From: Pavona decussata
Lineage: Eukaryota
Direction of reading: 5' to 3'
Length of the DNA stretch: 64,000 bases
NCBI GenBank assembly: GCA_977016875.1
Contig: CDRNST010000045.1
Span: 930,001 to 994,000, forward strand
In this document: piece by piece, positions 14,301 to 25,000 of the stretch
Numbering within the stretch: the stretch's first letter is position 1
How the letters are laid out: each line of letters opens with the position of its first letter
Position numbers and translations under genes: made by a program
Notes under the pieces: generated by a model
What the model saw: only the letters and a program-made list of their open reading frames with translations
Database searches by the model: none
What the model was told of the DNA's origin: nothing

Positions 14301-15663
14301 AGTTCATTGAACAGGTGGACAATTGAATAATCCGATTTTAAAGTGACTGGATTAGACAACAATGATTGTTTATGAAAAGGAGAAAAAAAAGCACCCAGGA
14401 TGTCAATAAGAACTCTGTACAACCCACGTCTTTGTACCTCAAGGACGCAAGCAACCTTAACCCTAACGATGTTTTCTATTGCGTGGGAGTAAACCTATTG
14501 AAAGGAAACTCACACAGATTTCCTAATTTCAAGTACGTGATTACATATAAGCTTTTTCGCCCACGTAAGGGAATTTTGGTAAAACGTCCAAAATGGTTAA
14601 GGATTTTAGTTAACAAAGGATCTTTATATACGTCTAACGCCGAAGGAAAAAATCCCATGATTGGAATAACTTAGTAAAGGTTACACAAGTCTTAACACAA
14701 ATCGACAACCCACGTGAATGATTATCTCGTTGAAATTACAAGTAAGCCCAGTCGCGACGGAAAAGAAAAAAAAAACATATGTTACGAGACTAAGTCTTTA
14801 ATCCAAAAGTTTTAATTTAAAAGAGGATTTGAATTGAATATTTTTAACATGCCTTCATCTGTGACTTACCTGGGGAACCCAGACCACACAATAACCAATA
14901 ACGATTCGAGTTACTTTAGAAAGAAATTTCTCAAGCATTGAGTTCTCAATACTTTAGAAAATACAAACCTGAATTTGACCGATATTAATTTGTACTTTTA
15001 TAAGCTTACCTTATGCAGGCACTCCACCACTCTAACGATGTCGTGAAATATTATAATTGTCTCTCTTTCGGACAATCGCTTCTCTCTTATCACGTAATGT
15101 TGTAGGTTAATCAAATCGGCAGTTTCCGTACTAAAATCATGAGCACACAGACAGTCCAAAACTAAACAAAGGCGATGTCGAACGCGATACTGTCTTGCAA
15201 CAGCACTTTGCTGAGAGCGGTGAATCGTTGTCGCGGTATTAGAGTCTTTATCGGGAGGGATTTCTTCGTAGTATTCGTCTTTGAACAGTCCGTGATGGTG
15301 TACAACGCCATCTTGATCGTGTAATAGCGAGAGAAGTGAATACTCAGTGTGTAACAACATCTTCCCTTGTTTGTCGTCCTGGCTTTCGCGTCCCGGATCC
15401 GCCAATGTGAGGATTTTGATCGAGTAAAAGTCATCTGTGCCATCTTTTTTAGCTAAACACTGAACGATGCTTCGTACAGGCGAATTGCCCAATCTAGGTC
15501 CGAGTAAATACGGCCCAGCGCGCTTCAGTGTTCCACGATTCGAAGCTCTAATCAGAGTCCTTCGCGAACTCAGCGAGGAATTACTATTTGATGAAGATTC
15601 TCCTGCTTCAAGGCAGGACGCCTTTCGTTTCACGCCTGTTGTTCCATTGCTGCTCGAACGCAT
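5386..15663 (-). CDS. STK40: Serine/threonine-protein kinase 40 (Tribbles-related pseudokinase), 6 coding exons, 454 aa
   Basis: Exons (minus): 15663-15010, 9295-9243, 8678-8563, 7676-7532, 6951-6832, 5662-5386. All introns GT-AG with matching phases; total 1365 nt. Diagnostic peptides: KRAGPYLLGPRLGNSPVRSIVQCLAKKDGTDDFY, QGKMLLHTEYSLLSLLH, NIVHRDLKLGN, ITNFCLGKHL, LKDQRGSPAYISPDVLSG, SDMWALGVVLYTMLYGQFPFYDSIP, DGRVSDNT, QVVPDID. Confidence 0.96.
5851..5989. mobile_element. short palindromic MITE (related copy at ~36600-36730)
   Basis: TIRs ATGTTGTGGTTCAATTTTATCCTTGGTTT / AAACCAAGGATAAATCTGAACCACAACAT. Confidence 0.7.
6966..7157. repeat. two-copy local tandem duplication (~108 bp period) in STK40 intron 4
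   Basis: GAAAATTTTGATTAAAACCATTCAA..CAAGCAACTCAGGTAGATCACATTTAGTGTCCAAGAGTACAGTG occurs twice. Confidence 0.85.
7900..8330 (+). mobile_element. 5'-truncated LINE (CR1/L2-like) 3' end in STK40 intron 3
   Basis: Degenerate ORF2 C-terminus ...SYRPYHCRTNIKQ..PKIWNSLPHDLSTSPSCSSFKILL*, followed by a probable 3' UTR. Confidence 0.65.
8929..9170 (+). mobile_element. tRNA-derived SINE, CpG-decayed
   Basis: Degenerate A/B-box head (GGATGGCCAAG..GACTTGTAATCTGGAAGTCCCAGGCTCAA) followed by a non-tRNA body (..AATAGCCAACTG..GCCAGTTGGGATTTT). Confidence 0.6.
10075..14865. repeat. four-copy diverged tandem repeat (units ~1.05-1.55 kb) filling most of STK40 intron 1
   Basis: Marker AATTTCCTGT(A/T)T(T/G)TCAG at ~10080, 11637, 12787 and 13818; marker TTTTTAA(T/C)ATGCCT..ATCTGTGA at ~11574, 12727, 13757 and 14841. 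The first unit has an internal ~290 bp duplication and an insertion. Confidence 0.92.
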
Positions 15664-16034
15664 TTTCAACAAGGAACTTCGCGAAACAATGAGAAGTAAA
15701 CGTCGTTTTGCGGTGAAGAGAAATTGAATTTCTTCATCGGAAGTGATTCCATTCAAAAAATTTATTTGGAATACAGTCCCTCCCGGTCAAAGCAACGCGT
15801 TTCGAGACTGGAACGAGGAAACAATCTCGAACTTCGTGTGTTTCCTTTCTTTTTAATTCAACCCCACGGAAACTTATATAAAACCCTTCTAAGATCAATT
15901 TAATTCAAAGCTGAATGTAATTTTGCAAACGAGGAAAAAGATTAATGCTTAAGCTTTCAATAATTTCATGTCATCCATATGGATTTGTTGCCATGGTGAA
16001 GGACGCTAACACGTGGAGAACCACAACACAGAAA
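15664..16034. promoter_or_regulatory. putative bidirectional promoter shared by STK40 and SPATS1-like
   Basis: Divergent ATGs at 15663 (minus) and 16035 (plus), 371 bp apart. CpG-rich relative to the flanking gene bodies. Confidence 0.65.
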
Positions 16035-19000
16035 ATGGCGGAGGTGCTTGTCAAAACTTCAGATTCCGGAGGTAACAATTTTTTGGATCTTGTGCTGAGA
16101 AAGGGGCAAAGTAATAACCACTTACTGCAACAAAAGATTTATGACGATTGAACATCAACGAACAGTCTAAAATCAAATTTACCTGAAAAGCGAACAGCTA
16201 CCTAATACAATGAGCTATACCATAAGCTTTTTGCGTACCTGTTGCCTCTTTTGATCCTGTCGGCGCGTTTTACATGTAACATCCTTTCAATCGTTATTAT
16301 TTCACTTTTAACATTTAATTTTAAGTCTACATTTCAGTGTCTAGTTGAAGATAGAATCATGATTAGCTTTTCACGAATCGTACACGAAAAAAGTTATTCA
16401 AGTTTTTAAAATATAGCTCCTTGATGGGACGCTGCAAAATAATTTCATTCAGTTAAGTCTGTTTCTCCATGTGATCTTCTAGAAGAGAATTGTTTAAGAA
16501 AGACAACAGATAGACTATTGAGAGTCCTGAGTTCAGTCATTTAGTACAGTGTAATTTAATTGAAGCTGCTTTTGACCCAAGAGCTAGATCATGACAGTGA
16601 CTTGTGTGGGGATAGAGTTACTAAACGTGATTCATATTGTATTATTTTGATTCATCAGGTATCGATACACATCTGTCAAACCCAATTATTAAGCCATACT
16701 ACAGGGATGGTTTTGGAAGCAAATCAATTGGAGAGCCAGAATGGAGACCCCACCCCAGGAATGCTCTTTCCGTACCAGGCAGGCTTGATAACTCAGTAAG
16801 GTAGGTACAACCCACTCAGCATTAAAATTCAATTTCTCCTCACAACAGTCAACTCCCTGTTAGGGGTTGACACATCATTGCTGGCATAATTTACAGTAGA
16901 ATACTATAGGTGTAGTATTAAGCATAATGCAGGTATAGCACTATTTTGTTGCTTTAATTCTAATGTTCTAAAGGTTCTGTTGTTGTATTTGTTCAGAGGT
17001 GGTAATGGCCTTGACTGGTTTTCAAGGCTCCGCTGTGCTTCACTAGAGGATACTACATCTCCATCTACTACATCTCCCAGGGAAACAGGACAAGAAGGAG
17101 TGCATCACAGTACTAAGGACAGTGTTAGTTCAGCAAGAGAGCGAGGTATAGAATGTAAAAATTTTGACTGACAAAAAAGAATTCAACATGCGTAAAGTCA
17201 GATCTAGCTAGTCATCACCTAAAGGGTGGATGGGTGGGATGGAGTCCTGACCCAGGTGGAAATCTTATTAAGATCTTGTAAGATCTTACAAGATCTTGTA
17301 AGAATCTTGTAAGAATGAAAATAACACTAAGATCTTAATAAGATCTTGTTAAGATTTCATATCGTAATAAGATCTTACAACAATTCTTAATAAAATCTTA
17401 ATACAAACTATACAATCTTCAGCATTTTAAGATCTTATAAGATCTTACAAGATCTTACTAAATTCTTGTAAGATACTTGTAAGAATCTTGATAAAATCCT
17501 CAACCTAACGATCAATAAGATCTTAAACAGCTATTAATAAGATCTTATCCATTTCTTAATATTTTCTTATTAAGATCTTATCAAAATTTGTGACAAGATC
17601 TTATTAGCAATCTTGTTAAGATCTTAAGAATTAACTTACAAGAATCTTGTTAAGATCTTACTATACACTGTAAATTAAAAATAAGATCTTAAACATATTT
17701 TGATAAGATCTTACCTATTTCCTAATGTTTTCTTAATAAGATCTTAATTGAAATTTGTACCAAGATCTTACAACCATTCTGATTAAGATCTTACCACCTT
17801 ACAATTATCTTTGTAAGATCTTAGCATAAATAAAGAATAAGGTTTTTTGAAAACAGTTCTTATGAAGATCTTGTAAAACAAAAACAAAAACTTCTTCTTT
17901 GGTTCAATTTTTTATTAAGATCACATAATATCTTACAAGAATCTTGACAGGATCTAAGAGTAAGCATGCCATCAAGACTCTCACACTGACTGTGATAATC
18001 TCTTTACTTTCTTTGAAATTTAGTTGTTTGTTGTGACATCTTGTACATCTTAATACTGTTTTCTTCAGTGTTTTAAGTTGATAAACACTATGTAGACATG
18101 TGTGTTTCTAAACAAAGGCTTAAAAGATAGGCATGTACTAAAACCAGGAACACCAGAACACCGGAACACTCCGGAACACCGGAACACCCCGGAACACCGG
18201 AACACCCCGGAACACCGGAACACTCTGGAACACTGCAACATTCCGGAACACCGGAACACCGAATTTGACGGTGTTGTTTTGTTTTCCCGTTACAGACCAT
18301 GTAAAAAATAAAATGTCAATGTAATTTGTCAACCCACGTATAAGGAAAGAGCTTAGAGCTCGTTAGGTGTACGTGTATGAGATCGAATTAGAATTTAGAG
18401 GTGTTGGTTTCAGGATTAGGGAGGAAAACAGGACAACCCGGAGAAAAACAAACAACAAACTCTACCTTCATATGACGGCGGGTCTGGGGAGCGAACCAAT
18501 TGTTGGAAACAATTATCTTCAGACCCATGGAACTGCAGTAGGTACAAAAATGGCCGTTGCATTTGCAAACATCTTTATGGCCGTTATTGAAACAAAAATG
18601 ATAAGTCAAAGCCAAAAAAAAAAAAATTGATTGGAAACGTTTTATTGATGACATTTTCTCACAGTGGGGCAGTGACAAAAAGGAAATTAACCTGTTCTTG
18701 AACAAACTAACAATTAAATTTACGGCCGAAATTTCAGAGAACGAGACAAGCTTTCTTGGCACAATTATTTTTAAAGGAGAACGTTTCAGTAATGAATCGA
18801 TCCTAATGAATTGATCCAGACGAATTACAAGCCTACTGAAACCTTTCAGTATACACATTATATCTCGAGCCGTCCACTGGGTGTGAAAAGAGGTTTTATT
18901 CAAGGCGAAGCACTCAGACTACTGAGAACAAACTCTTCTGAAACAACGTTTGAAGAAAGTATCTCCAATTTTAAATCGCGCCTCATAACGCCCGGATACC

Positions 19001-22000
19001 CCAACAAGATGATACAGACAACGTTATCGGAAGTCAGCTTCGCCGAAAGACAGTCGGCTCTTCAACAAAAGAAAAAAACTCGTAAACAAATATTGCCTTT
19101 TGTTACAACGTACCACCCATCGGTGAGTAACCTTAGAAACATGTTGATGCAAAACTGGAACACAAAATCAGCCTTTGCTGAAAAGCATATTCAAAAATCT
19201 GCCAATTACATCCTACAAGAGAGGACAATCTCTTAAGGACATGCTCGTTAGGGCAAAAATATAAGGCATCGTACATAAAAATGTACACAATATAACGCAG
19301 TGAGCCGTACAGGCCGGTCATTTCTATTATTATCACTGTTGTAATTGGAAAAGTGAAATATTCCTTTAAGAGCTACAACTTCCTTCTACGGGAGTGGAAT
19401 TTTGCGTATGAGATTGTCGGGGGGGGGGGGAGGGGGTGCCTTCCTTTTTTTATTCTTTATTTGTTCCTTTCTTTACCTCCTTACCTGCTTATTTCTTGAT
19501 TTCTTCATTTACTTATTTCTTTCTTTCTTTATTTTTTATTTATTCGTTCTTTCTTTCTGTCTTTCGTTTTACTTTTTTTCTATATTTTTAGCGCCTGCTT
19601 CTAAGCTCTTTCGTGTTACGTGGGTAAACAAATTACATTGACATTTTATTTTTTACATGGTCTGTAATGGGAAAACAAAACAACACCGTCAAATTCGTTG
19701 TTCCGGTGTTCCGGGGTGTTCCGGTGTTCCTGGTTTTAGTACATGCCTAAAAGATATGACTGTTAAGACATGCAGTTTGCAGTTTACAGATTGTATTTGC
19801 ATAAAAAAAAACTAAATGCACAGTCCTTCACTGAAACTCATTTGTGAAAACATTATTACTTACAAACCTGCATTAATGAATCTCAACTCCATTTAATGCC
19901 AGAAAGAACAAAAATGCTTTAAATCATAATTTCTACGATTTTCATGCACAATGCTAGCTTTTAAAATGAGCAAGAAAACGTGGAAAAACGTGGAATCACA
20001 GCAACACCGGGAGCCATCTTGGATTTCATTCAGTCTGGGAAGACTGGGCACCATTTTGGTCCGCAGATATGCCACTGCAGACTCGGAGAAAAGACCGTTT
20101 CATGTTAGATTTTAGGCGGGATTCAAGTATACAGCACATATTTCCTCTGGATTTTGCCTCTGTTAGCTAAAAAAATGATGGCTTCAAGCAGCAAACTGTG
20201 GACAACCACATTTTAGAAAGAGGTAAGTTTCGTTACCAATTATTTTGTGAAAGACTGCTTGAAAATGAGTGATCTTCCACGCGAATTACAGACATTTACA
20301 TATGCATGCTGCTTCTTGAAGATTGTTGAGGTGGTCATTCCCTATTTAGTTTTTATATGAAGCCTTTGCAAACGTTTTTACGGAGTAATTTGTAGCCCGG
20401 TTGATATCATGACAGAGTTGGTATAAGCTGAAGACTTGAGTGATTGATCTTGATTTGGCGTGAAGATCAGTTTATGATCTTCGTGGAGTGTATGACTCAT
20501 TTTACTCACATCATGAATTGAACTAACAAGATTGTTATGGGTGAGAAGCTCACTGCAACATTGTCTAAATTAAAGTTAATGGCAGCTTAGTGGTCACTGT
20601 GATCACTAAGAAGAACTGATTTAAAGTGCACAATTTTCTGTTTTACTGTAGATTTTCAACTCCTATCTCCATTTTGTTGTCAAGGTTGAGACTCAAGACT
20701 GCAACTTCAGAGTCAAGTCAACAAATCCTGCTCAATAAACTCACTTATAATTATGACTGCTGGAATCTATTTTAACTGATTTAATTTTGTTGTGAATTGT
20801 GACTTCTGCTAATTCTACTCAGGAACAATAATACTAAATAAAATTTTGTAACTTACATAATGGCAGTATTTGATCAGTACTTGATATCATAGTTGAAAAC
20901 AGCAAGCATTAAATTATAATTAAAGGGAACACTAAGTAACAATCCTTTTGATCAATGCAATCATTTTTTCTTATAAATTAGGCTTTTATGAACTTGTCAA
21001 ACCTGCATTAGGAATAGTAATATTTAGCACATTGTAAATGGTTCAGCCTACACTCTAGAGTTTGTAAGCATAAAAGAAATGTAAATGGGCAATCGGCTTA
21101 GAGAAATCCTCACAAAATAACTGAAAAGTGGCATTCTCGTGCAGTTCACACAATGATGATGTAATCCTGCTCTTCAGTGGGTTGTGGCTTAATCCAGCTA
21201 CATTCCATCCCCAACATTTGTAAAACAAATAATTATTGTTTTTAGTTGCTTCACTGAGTATCTCTTGTATATTGGTGCCATTCTTTTGGCTGAAAAGTTG
21301 AAAGGCTCTGCTCGCAAACAGTATAAACTCTCAATAGTTGTTGAAACGCTGCTCCCCTTTCCTCTTGGTCAATGGTGTTTGAGCAAATTGGCATGCAGGT
21401 CATCATTGCTTCCATTGTACTTTACTTAGGAGGAGGAGGGAGGGAGACACTTCTAACAAACACTGTTTCAACATTTTGACGCCAATAGAAGGCTGCTGTC
21501 AGCATTTGCTCAGAGGCAAACAGTACATGATGATTTGACCAATGGAGGCATAATTATTGTTCTAATTGGTAGCTTTTTAGCAAGGAAATTAGCAAAAAAA
21601 TTAGGAAAATAGCATAAAAAATGATAACTTGTTCTTTTGTTTTTAATTATTTTTCTTTTTTTCTCCACAGGGGCATACAGGATAATTTCAAGCTTCCATG
21701 TTTTCTTGCTTTTGACATGCAACTGAAAGGAATTATTGGGGTTTTTTGTTTATTTTTTATTCATTTATTTATTTATTTATTTTTTAATACTAAAGAACAT
21801 TATTGTACCAGTGGAAACCAAGCTTTTATTCATATGTACAAGTGGTTTTAAGGTTGCTTCTTTCTTGGGAAAATAATACTGGCAAATAATAATTCTCTGG
21901 ATTATTTAGAGAGGCCTTAAAGCTGCCAGATTAATTAAGTCAAATAGATTATTATTAGACAAGTGCTTCATCAATTGATGCAAATAGAAGAAAAAGTTAC

Positions 22001-25000
22001 ATGTAGAACTTTCTCCTAGTCTAGAGAACATTTGTTGGTAAAGGTTTGTTTCTGTCACTCTTGTGGATTACAATAATAATTATAGTGCTGTTGATCTTGT
22101 GAGCATTCATCACAAGAACTTGAATATATGCCTTGTAAAACAGCTGTATATACATGTAGCATTGTAGTCAATGAAAGTTTTCATCATGTTAACTTGTGAA
22201 GATTGTTGTGATAAATTTATTTCACAATAGCCAAGATTTAGCAATAAAAAGGTTATCACACATGATTTTTCTTGTTGGTTATGGTTTAATAATGGCCCAT
22301 CCTTTGAATCTAAGTGCTATGAGGTACATATAGATTTTGTATTGTAAGCAAGCTGTGATCAAACTCTCAGGAACACATGATTCTAGTTTAATTTTGAATG
22401 AACCAGTGTACTGGTCATTGCCAGAAACGTCAGGGCAATCCAAACGAAAATTTAAGTATACACTTCAGGTTTTTCCCTATTTTGCAGCTTGCTTGAAAAG
22501 CAAAATCAAATCTTGGCCCTTCAATTTATCCTGGTAATGGATCTCCCAAGACTTTCTACATTTTTATTTGGTAAGATTCTGACAATATCTTAGAAATACA
22601 TTTGAAGAGATCTTGTCGAAATCTTGTAAGATATTGGAAAGAATCTTGTAAGATCTTGGTAAGAATCTTATGAAATCTTGTAAGATCTTGGTAAGAATCT
22701 TATAAAGTCTTGTAAGAATCTTATGAAATCTTGTAAGATCTTGGTAAGAATCTTATGAAATCTTGTAAGATCTTGGCAAGAATCTTATGACATCTTATAA
22801 GATCTTGGTAAGAATCTTATGAAATCTTGTAAGATCTAAGTAAGAATGTTTTCAGATCTTGTGAGAATCTTATAAGATCTTACAAGATCTTGTAAGAATC
22901 TTGTAAGATCTTGTAAGAATCTTGTGACAAGATCTTGTAAGATTCTTGTAAGATTCGTAAATAAGATTCTTAATAAGAATCTTGATAAGAAACTTAATAA
23001 GATCTTACTAAGATCTTAATAAGATTTCCACCTGGGGAGGGATACTCCCTTATTTGGCCTAGACAGGGATGTGTGGTTAACAGGGTATGGTTTTTCGGCC
23101 TCTCTGTCCTGAACGGGGTATATTTACTGGTAATTTTATGCAATTCTGACCAAAACAGGTATGGTTGATGGGGGAGGGGTTGAGGGCCCACCCTATGTGC
23201 TGGAAGCTACTTGACTGTAATAAGAAAGGAAGGACTTCAACAAAGTACATATTTGTATGCCTTCACTGTTTGAAAAACACCTCAGACTGTTAAGACTATT
23301 GGCTAGACTATTGGGGCTAGAATGCGCATAATTTAGAGGAATATTTGTATTATTATTATTATTATTATTAAAATGTGAAATTTAGACAGGGCACAACAGC
23401 TTTTATTATATAGCTGAACTGGTCTGCACTGAAAAGGAGCATTCTGATTGGCTCCCTTCAATAGTCTGAATTTTCCTATACAGACTGCTAAGATGGACTG
23501 CTTGTGTTACAACATATGTTTGAAATGAGCAAAGTACATCAATGATTGTCATTCATTTCATAGTTAGTCTTTTTAAGGATTATGTATAATTTTGTCTTCC
23601 GAATCTTGAATGAACCAACTTTGCATTTTTCCAACAAGTTTCATGTGGACAAGGAAGGAACAAGCGGGAAAGCCTATATAATAAATGTTATTGAACTAGC
23701 TTGTTCCGTCTTCTCCTTTTTTCCCAATATGGACCTCTTGCTAGTTCAGTATATATACATTAGGAGATTTTATAGAACATGGCCCAGACCATTGCACATG
23801 AGTGTTGTGGAGTCACGATAAACCCAATGTTTACAAAAGCCATTGCAATAGCCTGATTCAAACATAGGGACAAGATGTACTTGTGCAAGAAAATGCTATT
23901 TGGCTAATTATAAATTGAATCTCATGAGTAGGGAGTCATGTAGCCGTGAAACCACCATCTGTATACCAGTGGACAACAAGTGCCATTCACTTCCCATGGA
24001 GAATTTTCCTTGTATGCCAATGTGTATTGGATGGTTTCTTTCCTCTTTCTTATACAATTTGTTGTTATATTTTTCAAGCTGATGATGCTCCTAATTGTAC
24101 AGCACCTGCAAGACCAGTTTTAGTTGAGAGAGAAGAGAAACCAAGACAATACCAGCCTCAGATTCAATATGACACTTATGATGATTTTGAGAGAATTTAC
24201 ATGAGAAGACCACTGGAAATTTCCCTGAAAATGTCTGTTGGAGCAAAAAAGAAAGGTTTGTGGAAACTCTAAAACATTTAATTGAGGATTGTTAGTTTTA
24301 CAGCAAAATATATGTAAGAAAGTGAGTTGCAACTCACACTCATGTATGTTTACAGGGGTCGCAAATAGTTATAAATAAAAGATGTCTTGCAAGCTGTCTC
24401 AAGGCGTAAATTAGGGTCGGGGAAAACTTTGTGTAAGGTGGTACTAAAAGGGGGCCCCTTTGGGCCATTTTCTTGAAAGTCCCAATAAGGGGCCCTAATT
24501 ATTTTTTTGAAATGTTTTTTATTGACTTAAGTGACGGATCACGAGAGTTCAAATATCAGCCTTAAAGACAGTAAAATGAACACTGAATCTTACTACAATT
24601 TGGGCCTCAGGTAAGTAATATTGGCCCCTGGCTCCTTTTACTATTTCTTCCACTGCCTCAAAAAGATACTGTTTACAATTTTTTTTCTATTATTATTTTA
24701 ATATAACTTGTCATCTTTCTGTGACTGTAAGGCTGAGTTTCACCCCTGAGCAAACTCTACATAAAATATTACTAGAACAATTTTTACTAAACATTTTTAT
24801 CACTTGCCTTTTTCAGTGTTTGATCAGAGAAATGGCCTCCCTGCTGCCTCGCTAGGAGACAAGAGTTATCTGGTGCCAGAGTATTCCTCAGAATTTCACA
24901 ACCAGGGTAGCACAAGACCAGTCATCAACTTTGGGTAAGGAATCTCACAAATTGGTAACTCCAGTCATACAGTGATTCAATCATGCAGGTACAAATGAAT

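Larger units (their letters stand above)
17251..23036. mobile_element. non-autonomous EnSpm/CACTA (CMC)-type DNA transposon, 5.8 kb including nested inserts
   Basis: Perfect 27-bp TIRs CCCAGGTGGAAATCTTATTAAGATCTT / AAGATCTTAATAAGATTTCCACCTGGG, CCC..GGG termini, 2-bp TSD GA/GA. Long subterminal arrays of TAAGATCTT(A/G) at ~17260-17960 and ~22570-23030. Confidence 0.85.

Noticed and set aside
11715-14674. Recurring 60-100 aa ORFs in the STK40 intron repeat (e.g. ..CEWAQPFAYQSLTR.., ..NEGCIKISGEGG..)
   Set aside because: Frames, starts and stops are not conserved among copies, and many indels are not multiples of three; recurrence just reflects the DNA repeat.
14864-14873. ACTTACCTGG matching the U1 snRNA 5' end
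   Set aside because: The following sequence does not match U1 stem-loops or an Sm site; it is simply the complement of a consensus donor on the minus strand.
15664-15756. 31-codon N-terminal extension of STK40 in the ORF track
   Set aside because: It starts at TTG. The first ATG (15663) has good AAAATG context and homology begins shortly after it.
18065-18332. Repetitive ORFs (PEHRNT)n, (FRCSGV)n
   Set aside because: Translations of the MULE TIR repeats, open in several frames on both strands.
22570-23030. Regular short repeats resembling a CRISPR array (also 17260-17960 and 18145-18260)
   Set aside because: No unique spacers, no cas genes and a eukaryotic context; they are subterminal repeats inside TIR/TSD-bounded transposons.
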